Program-made: the position numbers and the translations under genes | DNA from: Candidatus Altimarinota bacterium | Lineage (GTDB): Bacteria > Patescibacteriota > Gracilibacteria > BD1-5 > UBA2023 | Assembly (NCBI GenBank): GCA_028277205.1 | Contig: JANQGT010000032.1 | Coordinates: forward strand, 1 to 63,312 | DNA: 63,312 nt | Direction: 5' to 3' | The notes under the pieces: model-generated | Told to the model about the DNA's origin: nothing | The model's input: only the letters and a program-made list of their open reading frames with translations | Database searches by the model: none | Shown here: in pieces, positions 11,778 through 23,548 of the stretch | Layout of the letters: each line of letters opens with the position of its first letter | Position numbering within the stretch: position 1 is the stretch's first letter

Positions 11778-12488
11778 ATGCACCTCGCACTCATCATGGA
11801 TGGCAATCGCCGCTGGGCGAAACGCCAATGACTCGTCAAAATGCTCGGACACTCTCGGGGTGGTGATGCGATCGAGCGTGTCGTGGAGTGGTGCGTAGAG
11901 CGCGGCGACATAGACATACTGAGTGCGTGGGCGCTCTCAAAGGATAATATCAAAAAACGTGAATCCGCGGAACTGTCGCATATATACGATATTATTCGTG
12001 ATCGGCTCCCGCGTCTCATGCCAAAGCTGCTCGATAACGGCGTGAGCTTTCATACGGTGGGAAATCTCGATCTCCTACCGGACGATATCGCAGCGCTCCT
12101 GCAGGATATCACTCATCAAACGACTCGCGGAAATGTGATGAAATTTATCATTACCATCGGGTACGGATGACAGGATGAAATCGTCCGCGCTGTCCAAAGT
12201 ATGCTCTCGGAAATTGCCCGATCGGACGACCCGAGAGAGACTGCAAACATGATCGCATCGACTCTCGATGAGGCGGTATTTTCGTCGTACCTCGACACCG
12301 CAAAATTTCCGCATCCGGATCTCATCGTGCGTACCGGCGGTCATGAGCGTCACAGTGGATACTGGCTCTATAGCTCCGAGTACTCGGAATACCGGTTTAC
12401 CGAGACGTTTTGGCCGGACTTTTCTCGAAAAGAACTCGATGAAATCATGTCGGAATTTACAGCTCGTACGAGAAATTTTTGAAAATAG
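11778..12488 (+). CDS. uppS: Polyprenyl (undecaprenyl) diphosphate synthase
   Basis: HLALIMDGNRRWAK, GYG(G)QDEI, PDLIVRTGG..RHSG, FWPDF, RNF(G)K. Confidence 0.94.
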
Positions 12489-12585
12489 GCGTCGCGCATA
12501 ATTGTGAAGATTGTGTAAAATTAGACAGTTTTTTCGAGATTTCTCTGCTTTGCGAGTATGATAGGATGACTTTCGCACCATTCTC

Positions 12586-13065
12586 ATGAATAATCAGAAA
12601 CGCGCATACCACAGGGAGACTCTCCATACGCACAAAAAAGCCCTTTTCGACTATGAAGTCATCGAAGAGTATGAGGCAGGCGTACAGCTCTCCGGCGCGG
12701 AAGTGAAGAGCTTGCGCGCGAAATCCGCAAACCTGAAAGGAAGCTATGTGAGCATTCGCGGCGGGGAGGCGTGGCTTCTCGGGGCGCATATCGCCACGTA
12801 CAAACACGCGCCGAGCATCCGGCACGATGTCCGACGCGATCGCAAACTCCTCCTAAAAAAACGCGATATTATTGCCCTCGATTCACGAGTACGAGAAAAG
12901 GGTATCGCCCTCATCCCCGTCGAGTGGTATCTGAAGGGCAATCTCATAAAGCTCAAACTCGCGCTCGCTCGCGGACGAAAAAAGCACGACAAGAAACAAC
13001 TCCTCAAAGAACGTGATATCAATCGGGAGATCGAAAAGCGATTTCGAATTCGTGATTTTGATTAG
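12586..13065 (+). CDS. smpB: SsrA-binding protein
   Basis: EAGVQLSGAEVKSLR, RKLLL, ARGRKKHDKK. Confidence 0.96.
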   Translation: MNNQKRAYHRETLHTHKKALFDYEVIEEYEAGVQLSGAEVKSLRAKSANLKGSYVSIRGGEAWLLGAHIATYKHAPSIRHDVRRDRKLLLKKRDIIALDSRVREKGIALIPVEWYLKGNLIKLKLALARGRKKHDKKQLLKERDINREIEKRFRIRDFD

Positions 13066-13118
13066 CCTGAAAATCCGAGTATACTCCGTCTTTTATTTTT
13101 ATTTTTCTCTATATAGCC

Positions 13119-13589
13119 ATGAAATCCGTCACGCATATACTCCTCTTGCTCATTGCGCTTCTCGCGCTTCTCGGCATGCTGAATGCGGGGTACGTCTCCT
13201 ACCTCACCTACTTTGTCCTGCCCGCGAGCGATAGTCCACTCATCTGCGATATCAGTAGCAGCTGGAATTGCTCGAACGCTCTCGAACTCGAGGAGTCCTA
13301 TATTTTCGGCGTACCGTCGTGTACGATCGCCTTTTTCGTCTATCCCGTCCTCATCGCGATCGCGCTGCTGGGGTATTTCGGAGTCATCCGATGGCACTTT
13401 CCGGTGCTCGTCGTCATGGCGCTCGGCGGTATGGGGCTAAATGGCTATGTCTTGTATATTGATCATCTCTATCAGACGTATTGCTTGTTTTGCGTGCTTT
13501 GTGGAGTCGTCATTACGCTCATATTTTTGGAGAGTGCGACGGGATGGATGATCGAGAAAAAGTTTTGACAGCACGACACTTCTCGGTAA
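13119..13589 (+). CDS. Vitamin K epoxide reductase (VKOR) family disulfide-formation protein
   Basis: CDISSSWNC loop, FGVP, YCLFC redox motif, 4 TM helices; extended past TGA 13566 to TAA. Confidence 0.88.
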
Positions 13590-13720
13590 TCTGCGTCTGG
13601 ATTCTTCATCTGTTTTCATGTCTGCATACAGCTCTGTACTCTCTGTGCGTCGTCGACCCTCCTCATGGGAAGGGTTGGTTTTTGCGTCGTAGCAGTATCC
13701 TCGAAATATACGACATAAAG

Positions 13721-13748
13721 ACGAGTCCTTCTCCCGGGCTCGTTTTTT
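13721..13748 (+). terminator. Intrinsic terminator-like hairpin
   Basis: ACGAGTCC-TTCTCCC-GGGCTCGT followed by T-tract. Confidence 0.6.
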
Positions 13749-13760
13749 CACGCCTGATAT

Positions 13761-14336
13761 ATGGAAATACCCTCCTCTCACATAGCTGCGCAATTCGCAT
13801 GTCCCATAGCAGCGCTGATACAGGGCATAGCGACTCGTCAGTCCCGGGTACTCGCTATGGATCCGATCACTCGCGACGAGGCGGAAATGATCGCACGATG
13901 GATCACACAAAATCCATGGATGATCCGGAAAACACCCGATGCGCTTCTTTCTCATGTATGATCGACATTCATCCGTCGGGGTGAGAGTGGAGAGGTCATC
14001 GCGTTTTGTACGGGCACATTTGTGTGAAAATACCAGGGAGCACCCGTCTGGAAAATCGGATCATTCGTGATCAGTCCGGATCACTGTGGAAACGGCATTG
14101 GAAACAACTTTCTATCGGATGTCTCGCAAGCTATGCAATTGACATTTCCCAATGCTATCCTCGTGATCATCACACAGGATCGCGCACCGTGAATGATCCG
14201 TATCGCGCAAGCAAACAAATTTGAACAGCTCTCACGCGATGATCATCCAAAACTCTGGGAAATCCTGGAAACCGGTGGAGCGATCGCTAGATACAAACGC
14301 GTATTTACGACGACCTTGAGCGCTGATGCTTTTTAG
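13761..14336 (+). CDS. GNAT-family N-acetyltransferase (191 aa)
   Basis: Open with TGA=Gly; motif A-like IGSFVISPDHCGNGIG. Confidence 0.65.
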
Positions 14337-15237
14337 TCTCTATCTCTAAACGAAGTCGCATATAGGCATCGTATCGAAATTTTGGAATGTCGCCCGCCTC
14401 CATCGCATCCCGCACTGCGCATCCGGGTTCGTCTCGATGTTGACAGTTGCGATATCGACATCTCCGGATATAGGGACCGAGATCGAGAAAATACTGATCA
14501 AGCTCTGTAGTCGATAGCTCGAAAAAGTCGAGCGCACGAATCCCGGGAGTATCCACGATATACGAATTTTGATCCCATTCGTACATTTTTGCTCGTGTCG
14601 TAGTATGCTGTCCGTCTCATCATTTTTCACTGACGGATTGGGTTTTCGCCAGATTTCCCCCCGCTATTGCGTTTATGAGCGATGATTTGCCGACTCCGCT
14701 TTTTCCTACGAATGCGACGGTTTGTCCCCGAAGATGATTTTTGAGTGCCTCAACACCAAAACCGGTCGCGCAGGATGTGTGAAATATGCTGATTGCGAGC
14801 GCTTTTTGATACCATGCAATCACCTCGTCCCGTATCATTTTCAGATCACTTTTCGTGATACATATGAGAGCGGGAATATTGGCAGACTGTGCGAGTATGA
14901 GATACCGATCGATAAAACCGGGCTGAAATTTTGGAGACTTCGCGGAGGCGACGATGACGATGAAATCCAAATTTGAGGCTATCGACTGCGATGAACGTCC
15001 CGATATGGAGCGTCGGGTACTGTCCCCCCGCTTTCGGGCGAGGAGGTTGTTTCTTTCTCGGAGAGTCCAGTCTTCTCCTGGGAGAAGCGTGAGAAAATCC
15101 CCTACCACAATGGATTCAAATAGATCATCATGCGGATGTAATTCAAGATTCTCGATCTCTCACTGGGGCGACATGAGCGCGATCCACCTTTTGTTTGCCG
15201 AAGATTTCGTCTCTATAACTCGGTAATGACGTTTCAA
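14305..15237 (-). CDS. rsgA: Ribosome small subunit-dependent GTPase A
   Basis: TKSDL, GKSGVGKSSLIN, DTPG, CRYRNCQHRDEPGC; TTG start is approximate. Confidence 0.93.
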
Positions 15238-15266
15238 TGGGGATTTGTTATGCTGTGCTTATGTCA

Positions 15267-16181
15267 TTATTGCGCTCCCAACAGACCATCGATCTGCCTC
15301 GTAAATTCCGAGACGGGATACGCTCCCTCGACGACTACATATTCATTGGTCTCGGTGTCGATGATGACAGTACCGGGCGTCCCTCATACACCGAATTGTC
15401 GTCCTTCCTGGGTTTCGGCGTTGAATTTTGCGATATTTCTATCGCTCGCGCGACACTCGGCAAATGCCTCGACATCGAGTCCGATCTCTCCCGCGAGTGT
15501 ATCGAGATCCGAGACAGAATAGACGCCTCCCTGGGTATCCGAGCCGTCGAGGATGGCGTGAGTGTATTCGTAGTATTTCTCGGTGCCTCCGATCTCTCCC
15601 GCACAGAGCACCGCTTCCGCTTTTGCCTCTGTGCCGCTATGATTGACGCCGCGATGATTTCGAAATGCAAAAGCAATCTGATCGCCGTACTCTGCGCGTA
15701 CCGCGTCGATCGTGCCGTCTCTGTACTGGCGTATACAAAACGGACACTCGAGATCCGAGTACTCTAACATGAGCAGTCGAGCGTCGGCGTCTCCTAGGAT
15801 GTACGCCGATGATTTGATTGCTTCGATGGTTTGCTCGGATGTAGTTCGGGTATTTACAGCTCCGGATTGCCCCCCGGTGTTGCTCGTGTTTTCGGTATCA
15901 TTTTCGACGTTTGCTCATCTTTGTCGCAGATACTGCCGCAGCTGAGGGATTTGCTCCTCTGCGCTCAGACGCGTCGCCTCCAGCATGAGCTCGTAGTTTT
16001 GCTGTCCTCATACACGATCGTACTCGTGCTCGAGGTAGCGCTCCATCACCGACTCGGCGACTTCTTCGGAGCGAACGACACTGAAATAATACCCCGATCC
16101 GACGGAGACCGCCATCGTCACAAAGAGAAGCATGACGACCGTCGCCTGTCCCGCGCGAGAAGCGCACAATATCCGAAGCAT
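15267..16181 (-). CDS. DsbA-family thioredoxin-fold oxidoreductase with N-terminal TM anchor
   Basis: EYSDLECPFC, FGV(G)GTPG cis-Pro loop; one frame from ATG 16181. Confidence 0.88.
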
Positions 16182-16353
16182 AGAAAATATGTGACAAAGC
16201 TATACGAGATGCAATCGTATCCGACTCCTCATAAAAAGCAAATTCCGATTTTTGTCTGCAGATTCGTATACGCACGAAAATGTTTTTTGGAGGTTGTTTT
16301 TCATTTCAGGGAAATATAATGGTCGTAATCGCATCCTTACCATATCGATTTTC

Positions 16354-18276
16354 GTGTATTTTTCGGAGCCGTTCGCATTTTTTCTGCTGCTTCTCTTGCC
16401 GCTTTTGTGGTGGCGGCTTTTTGCCAGTCGGTCGCATGGGCTCGTCGTACGATCGGGTCAGGACTATGTACGATCGTTTGGTCGGGGACTCGGTGTGAAA
16501 TCCCTCATATTCGGGAGTGTGACGATTGCGCTTGTACTGTTTTCAGTCGTGCTCGCCGAGCCTCGGGTACCTGCAGGAGAGACGACGATCCGGCGTGAGG
16601 GGATCGATATCGTGATTGTTTTCGATATATCGAAATCCATGCTCGCGGAGGATATCGCTCCAAATCGTATCACAGCTGCCAAGCGCGTCGTTTCAGAGTT
16701 TGTCGCGTCTCGCGAGGGTGATCGTATCGGCATGGTACTTTTTGCGGGAAAACCGTTTTTGTCCATACCGCTCACATTTGACTATCCGAGTATCCAGCAG
16801 TCGCTCGCTCGGGTGACGACCGACAGTATAGAGCAGGCGGTGCCGGGACTGTCGGGTACCGCCATGGGAGATGGTATCCTCTCGGCGCTGCGGACACTCT
16901 CGTCTGCCGAGAGCGAGCTGCAGACAGAGACAAACGAACGTGAGCGCATCGTCATACTGCTCACTGACGGTGAGGCGAATATCGGACTCAATCCCACGGT
17001 CGCGGCAAAACTCGCCCGAGAACGCGAAATAAAGATCTATACGGTCGGGATCGGGAGCACCGAGGGCATAGAGCTGTATATCACAAATGCCCAGGGCAGA
17101 CGCGAATACTTCGCGGATGCGACGGGAAATCCCATCATGGCGCGCCTCGATGAGCAGACGCTGCAGACAGTCGCCGATATCACGAATGCCCGGTATTTCA
17201 ATGCTCAGGATTCCGACGCGCTCGAGCGCGTATTCGAGACGCTTTCGGAGCTGGATCGCAGCGAGCTTACCTTTCAGAGCGTGCAGATATTTCGCTCACG
17301 CATCGAGCCGTTTCTTCCGTTTTTGTGAGTTTTTGTCGCGCTATCGCTTCTTGCGTGGATGGTGCTTGCGCGTGGCAGCACCCTCAAAAATCCGAGTCTG
17401 GCGGAGCGCTCCCGACCTCTCATCCGAGCCACACGGACGGGCAGCGGCATTACATCGCTCTTGCTCGTCATGCTTGCGATCATGCCGATTCGTCTGCTCT
17501 GAGCCGATGCGGATATCGGTCGGGATGCGGTTTTTTTTCTCCTCGATACGTCGCAGAGCATGCGCGTCCGGGACATCGAGCATAGCGGAGAGTCTCTATC
17601 TCGGCTCGAGTATGCCAAACGCCTCATCGCGGATACGGTAACGGAAACTCCACAGCGAGCGTACGGACTCGCCGCATTTGCCGGAGAGACGGTGGGAATA
17701 TCGCCGCTCACACGTGATGCGGATACATTTCTCACATTTGCGGATGCGATGGATACCGATACGGTCATACGGGGCGGCAGCGATCTCGCAGGCGCGCTCG
17801 AGTTTGTGAGTCGTTGACGAGAGGAGGATGATTTTCCGCTCTTTGTCGTCTTTACCGATGCGGAAAATCCCGAATGAACCGCGCAGCAGCAGTTGCAGAC
17901 TTTCCTGGATGAAAATGATATGCCCGTCATATTCGTCGGTGTCGGATCCGAGGAGGGTGGACGGATCCCCATTTCAGACAATCCCTTCGGACTGCCGGCG
18001 TACCTCCAGCATGAGGAAAAAGCCGTCATCTCCAGTCTGGACGCCAGCCTGCTGAGTAGCCTAGAAAATGCGACAACGATCCGCACGATCATAAATCCCG
18101 AGACTCTTTCTGAGGCGATCGCGGACTTTCCGCCCCAGACCCGCCGGACAGACGATACGGATACGAGCGCGTCCGATACCGAGACCGATCGATTTCTTGT
18201 TCTTTTGGCATTTGCATTCTGGCTTTGTGCCGGACTTCTTCCCGATACTTCTCGTCGTACTCATCATGCCGCGTAA
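16354..18276 (+). CDS. Fused BatA-BatB-like double VWA membrane protein (about 640 aa)
   Basis: BatA-type N-terminal TM; VWA1 (DISKS, GTAMGDG, LLTDGE); TM pair; VWA2 (DTSQS, GSDLAGAL, FTDAE); C-terminal TM. No TAA/TAG in frame, only TGA at 17326, 17500, 17815, 17875. Confidence 0.8.
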
Positions 18277-19147
18277 AATATCTCTCTCGCTCGCCGCTCT
18301 CGCGCTTCTGTGATTCTTCACACTCATGGTGTTTTTTGTGCATACGCCGATGATACAAAGCACGCTTTTCACTATGAATCTGGCATCAAATATCCGTGAA
18401 TACACCCAAACCGGTGCGACTGACGCCGCGAGAAATCTCCTGTCGGACGCACTAGAAAACTCTGATACCGTACAAAGGGATGCCGACATATACCGGTATG
18501 ATCTGGGAAATCTCGACTACATGGCGCAGGAGTATGTATCGGCATTCGAGTCGTATGTCAGCGCCGAGCCGACGGATATCCAGACGAGCGCTCACCGTCT
18601 GCACAATATCGGTAATACTCTCTATCGCATCGGGGAAAGTATCGAGATACTCCCACGAAGACTGCTGGCGTGGGAGCAGGCTGTCATAGCGTACGAGCGC
18701 GCACTGCTGTGGCATGAGGATCGTGAGACCCGGGAAAATCTCGAATTTGTCCGGGATAAAATCCGAGATCTGCAGGAGCAAATCGCCCAAGCACAATCGA
18801 CCTCGTCGCCTCGTGAAAATACCGGAGATGCGACAGAGCGGGAGCAATCATGAAGCGAGGGTGAGGCGACGCCGTCACCGGAGCGCGGACCGAATCCCGG
18901 ACAAAACTGGACAAATCAATGAACATTTGACGATATCGGTGTCGATGACTCCGGCGGCGGTGCTCCGCTCTCACCCGCCGAGACGGAGGCGCTGAGGCAG
19001 CGACTGGAGGAGCTTGAGCGCTTTGAGTCGGAAAATCAGGGCTCGCTAAACCGGGACGGACGTGCGCGCATGCCGGGTTGATTTGGTGCATTTTCCGAAA
19101 ATACCGGTCTGAACGACGCGCTCGATATAGTCGATCGCGACTGGTAG
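18266..19147 (+). CDS. BatC-like TPR protein
   Basis: N-terminal TM; TPR motifs YDLGNLDY and HNIGNTLY..AYERAL..TRENLE; low-complexity linker; ends DRDW, like the Bat-family KDW terminus. Confidence 0.78.
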
Positions 19148-19177
19148 ATAGCGGTATATATCCAAAGATTTCAGCTC

Positions 19178-20536
19178 ATGAAACCGGAATTTCGAGAGTA
19201 TTTCACACGAGAGTTTTTCGATGAAAAACCGGGTGAGGCAGAGGCGTTTTTCGAGAGTCTGCTCGCTCCGCGCCCAAAAACATTTCGCATCAATCGAAAT
19301 AAGACAAGTCTCGAAACATTCGCGAAGCGATGGAAATCCCGGGGACTCCCGATGGAGCCGACCTCGAATCCGTGGATATTTTCCACCGGGTGAGACCGGA
19401 CTATCAAGCTCGGGAAAACGCCCGAACACCTTGGCGGACACCTCTACGTTCAGGAGCTTTCGGCGGGGATGAGTGCCGAAATTCTCGCCGACTGAATAGT
19501 CGATGAAAACCCGGATCTGCTGGTGCTCGATATGGCGGCGAGCCCGGGCGGCAAGACGACGCAACTCTCGGAGCTGTATCCGCATGCCGGTATCGTCGCA
19601 AATGAACCGGACAAAACCCGGATTCCCCAGCTTTTGGAAAATATCGATCGTATGGGTTCGGGGAATATCGCCGTCACAAATGTGTCGGGTGCTTTTTTTG
19701 CGCGTACGCCCGAGGTATTTGATCGGATCCTCCTGGATGCGCCGTGCTCCTGAGAGGGCATCGCCTACAAAGCTCCGGAATCCCTCGACTACTGGAATAT
19801 CAAAAATATCGAAAAAATCGCGAAGCTCCAAAAGCGCCTCCTGTCTGCAGCACTCTCGGCACTAAAGGTATGAGGGACGATGGTCTACTCCACCTGCACG
19901 ATGAATCGCGTGGAAAATGAGCAGGTGATCGAGTCCTGCCTCCGATCCGCATCGGATGCGTATCGTATTCTTTTCATGAGGCGGTATTTTCCGCATGTCG
20001 ATGAGGGTGGGGGATTTTTCATCGCAAAGATCGAAAAGATCGCTCCCGAGACTCCGCGTATCGCACCGCCCCACATCGCAAAGCCGAACGAAGAGCTCAT
20101 GCCTGCGGATGCTCGGTCGGTCCGACTCCTGCGTGATTTTTGTGATGCGTATGCTATCGAGCTCTCGCCTGCGCGGATATGGCGTCATCGTGATACGCTG
20201 CTTTCCTTTGCGGATGCATCACCCGGCAGCCTGATAGCGCGCACGTGGTATACACTGAAATTTGGCTATCGCCTCGGGCATATGGAGAGCGCGAAATTCA
20301 TTCCGGATTTTCGGCTGCTGCGCGATGCAGGAGCACACAGCGCATATGTGTACGACCTCGATGATGATGAGTTTGCGCGATTTCGTACGGGTGAGCATAT
20401 TCATATACGGGACGCTACACTCCCCGACGGCCATATCGCTGCGCATCATCATGGCATCGCCGTCGGCATGCTCCAGAAAAATCCCGGGACGAATACGCTG
20501 AAAAATCATATCCCCCCGAGATTGCGAAAGCGGTAG
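19178..20536 (+). CDS. rsmF: 16S rRNA m5C methyltransferase, RsmF/NOL1 family
   Basis: YVQE, LDMAASPGGKT, ILLDAPCS(G)EG, (G)GTMVYSTC, GFFIA. Confidence 0.9.
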
Positions 20537-20537
20537 A

Positions 20538-20783
20538 CTATGCGACTTTCTTGCTCTTTTTATCCTTCCGCTGAGCTTTTGCGTACGCTTTTAGAGCTGC
20601 TATGTTAAATGGACATGTTTCGAGACATTCGGATTTACATTGTCCGAGCACGTCTTCTACTAATTGCACAGTATTAGCTCTTTTGTGATTCCTATGCAGT
20701 CCATCCACCAATCCTCCTCCCGGTGCCCTTTTGAAACCCTGCGGACAATTTCTGGTAGGCGGAAACATTGGCGTGTATGTCAT
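20538..20783 (-). CDS. Small basic Cys-containing hypothetical protein (81 aa)
   Basis: ORF with a strong upstream promoter; four Cys, including CKSECLETC; Lys-rich tail. Confidence 0.6.
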   Translation of the reverse strand: MTYTPMFPPTRNCPQGFKRAPGGGLVDGLHRNHKRANTVQLVEDVLGQCKSECLETCPFNIAALKAYAKAQRKDKKSKKVA

Positions 20784-20815
20784 AGTAATAATGTTTATAA
20801 ATACGGGAAATTTCC

Positions 20816-20844
20816 CTTATAATCACTGATATCCATTTTGTCAA
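20816..20844 (-). promoter_or_regulatory. sigma70 promoter for the 81-aa ORF
   Basis: TTGACA-17 nt-TATAAG on the minus strand. Confidence 0.6.
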
Positions 20845-20898
20845 AACTTTTTTGAAAAAAACGACTCTACGGACTACGGACAAAGAGCGTATCCGCAT

Positions 20899-20926
20899 TT
20901 GAGATTTTAGACGTTTTGGCTATAAT
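20899..20926 (+). promoter_or_regulatory. sigma70 promoter for clpC
   Basis: TTGAGA-16 nt-TATAAT. Confidence 0.55.
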
Positions 20927-20953
20927 GCTTCACTTGCTTTCTTTTTCGATCGT

Positions 20954-23548
20954 ATGTTTCACCATTTTTCCGACGAATACAAAGCCCTCATGCTCGAGAC
21001 TGAAAAAGCGGTAAAATTTCGCGGATATAGCGAGATTATCCCGCAGGATGTTTTTTTGCAGGTGTGCAAGCTGCAGTCCGGTGATATTTTCGAGGTACTG
21101 GCAAACTACGGGATAAACGAAAAAATCGCACTCGAGGTTTTCGCGCAGAGTCCGTTTGCCGATGCGTTTGAGGAGCGGGAGGGAGACTACGGAGGCATCA
21201 GCGCTCATCTGAAAGAAATCATCGTCCTCTCTGTAAAGATCGCCGCAGGATACGAAAAGAAACATGCGCAGACGAGCGATTTCTTGCTTGCACTCTTTAA
21301 GAGTGGAAAGGAGTCGTGGTTTTATCAGTTTTTTGATTTTATCAGTGTCAATCCGAAAGACGTAGAGCAAAGTCTCATCGAGCTCTCGCGCGATACCGAG
21401 CCGGACGAGCCCACGCAAAATATGAACTCTCTCAACTCCATCCTCCAGTCGCTCGAGGAGGGCATCCAGGAGCAATTCGGAGGATTTGACGGACCGGGGG
21501 CAAATCCATTTCAGATGAACGGTCCCAGAAATCGCCCCGGAAAAAAAGAGGAGAGCCAGACGCCGGCGCTCGATTTTTTCGGGATCGATCTCACACAGGA
21601 GGCGCGCGACGGAAAAATAGACGTCATCATCGGTCGTGATGAGGAGATAGAGCGACTCGTGAGCGTCATCAATCGAAAGACGAAAAACAATCCCTGCCTC
21701 GTCGGTGAGCCGGGCGTGGGGAAAACGGCGGTGGTGGAGGGGCTCTCTCGCAGGATCGCCGAGGGATCGGTGCCACTCGCCATGCAAAACAAACGCGTGA
21801 TGTCCCTCGATCTCGGGGCGATGGTGGCAGGGACGAAATATCGCGGAGAATTTGAGGCGCGCATCAAGCAAATCATCGACGAGGCATCGAAGCTCGAAAA
21901 TGAGGTAATCCTGTTTATCGACGAGATCCATACCATCATCGGTGCCGGAGCGGGGGAGGGGACGCTCGACGCGGCAAATATCCTGAAGCCCGCCATGGGT
22001 CGCGGGAAAATCTGCGTCATCGGAGCAACGACGCTCAACGAGTATCAAAAGCATATCGAAAAGGATTCCGCGCTCGAGCGCCGATTTCAAAAGGTGGAAG
22101 TGGACGAGCCGGACGAGACGACCGCGACGGCGATCATCTACGGACTGCGTGAGGGATTCGAAGAATTTCACAATCTCATCATCGATGATGCCGCGGTCGA
22201 TGAGAGCGTCAAACTCTCTGTGCGCTACCTCACGGATCGTCGTCTGCCGGATAAAGCCATCGATCTCGTCGACGAGGCGTGCAGCGCAAAAAGCATGACG
22301 TACAATCACGACGAGTCCGAAATCCTGGCGCTCAAGGAAAAAATCGAAAAACTGCAAAAAGACATCGAGGGATTCGTCATCGGGCAAATGTATCACAAAG
22401 CGATAAAAGCAAAGGAAAAGCAAAACGAAATCGAGGAGCAAATCCGCGAAAAACGCGCAAAGAGAAAAATCCCCCGCGAAAATCGTCTGCACATCGGTGC
22501 GGATGACGTCCGTCGCGTCATCGAGCGGATATCCGGTATCCCCGTCGGAGAGCTGCAGCTGGAGGATCGCGAGAAGCTGCAAGATCTGGAGACGCGCCTC
22601 AAGACGCACATCATCGGTCAGGACAGTGCCATCGCCTCCATCGTGAGCGCCATCAAGCGCAGTCGGACGGGCATCGCCGATGAACGGCGTCCCATCGGGA
22701 GTTTTCTCTTTTTCGGACCGACGGGAGTCGGAAAGACCGAGCTCGTGAAAGTACTCGCACGAGAATTTTACGGAGATGAGGATGCCCTCATAAAAATCGA
22801 TATGTCCGAATATACCGAGCGCGCCTCAGCATCAAAGCTCATCGGGACCACAGCGGGATATGTCGGCTACGAGGAGGGGGGTATGCTCACGGAAAAAGTG
22901 CGCCGCAAGCCCTACTCCATCGTTCTCTTTGACGAGGTGGAAAAGGGAAATCCGGAGATATTTCACCTGCTCCTGCAGATCCTGGAGGACGGTATCGTGA
23001 CGGACGGAAAGGGGCGAAAGGTGAATTTTAAAAATACGATCATCGTCATGACCTCCAATATCGGGGGTGAAGAATTTACAAAAAAAGCGGCGCAAATCGG
23101 ATTTAACATCGACGATCGAAAGGAGCGAAAAATATTTGACGATATCGAGAAAATCAAAGATCGCATCGTCAAAAATCTCGACGACTATTTCGCGCCCGAA
23201 TTCATCAATCGTATCGACAAGCTCGTCTTTTTCGCGCCGATAGATCAAAAGGTGCTCAGAAAGATCATCGTCCAGCAGCTCCAGCGTCTCGTTGTGCGGC
23301 TTCAGAGTCTCAATGTCGAGCTCGCATACGATACCCGTACGATCAATTATATTCTCAAAGAGACATTTGATCCACAGTACGGTGCTCGCCCCGTCCGACG
23401 ATACATCCAGGATCATATAGAGGAAAAAATCGCCGATTTTTTGATAGAATGACAAAAATATGATATTATACGGATGACCGCAGGAAAACGCGGACTCATC
23501 TTCAAGTCTGAAATCTCTCTCGAGCATGCGAATCCGGTGATGGCGTAG
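20954..23548 (+). CDS. clpC: ATP-dependent Clp protease ATPase subunit ClpC
   Basis: Two AAA modules (GEPGVGKT, GPTGVGKT), short M coiled coil, IGF ClpP-docking loop; extends past TGA 23450. Confidence 0.93.
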
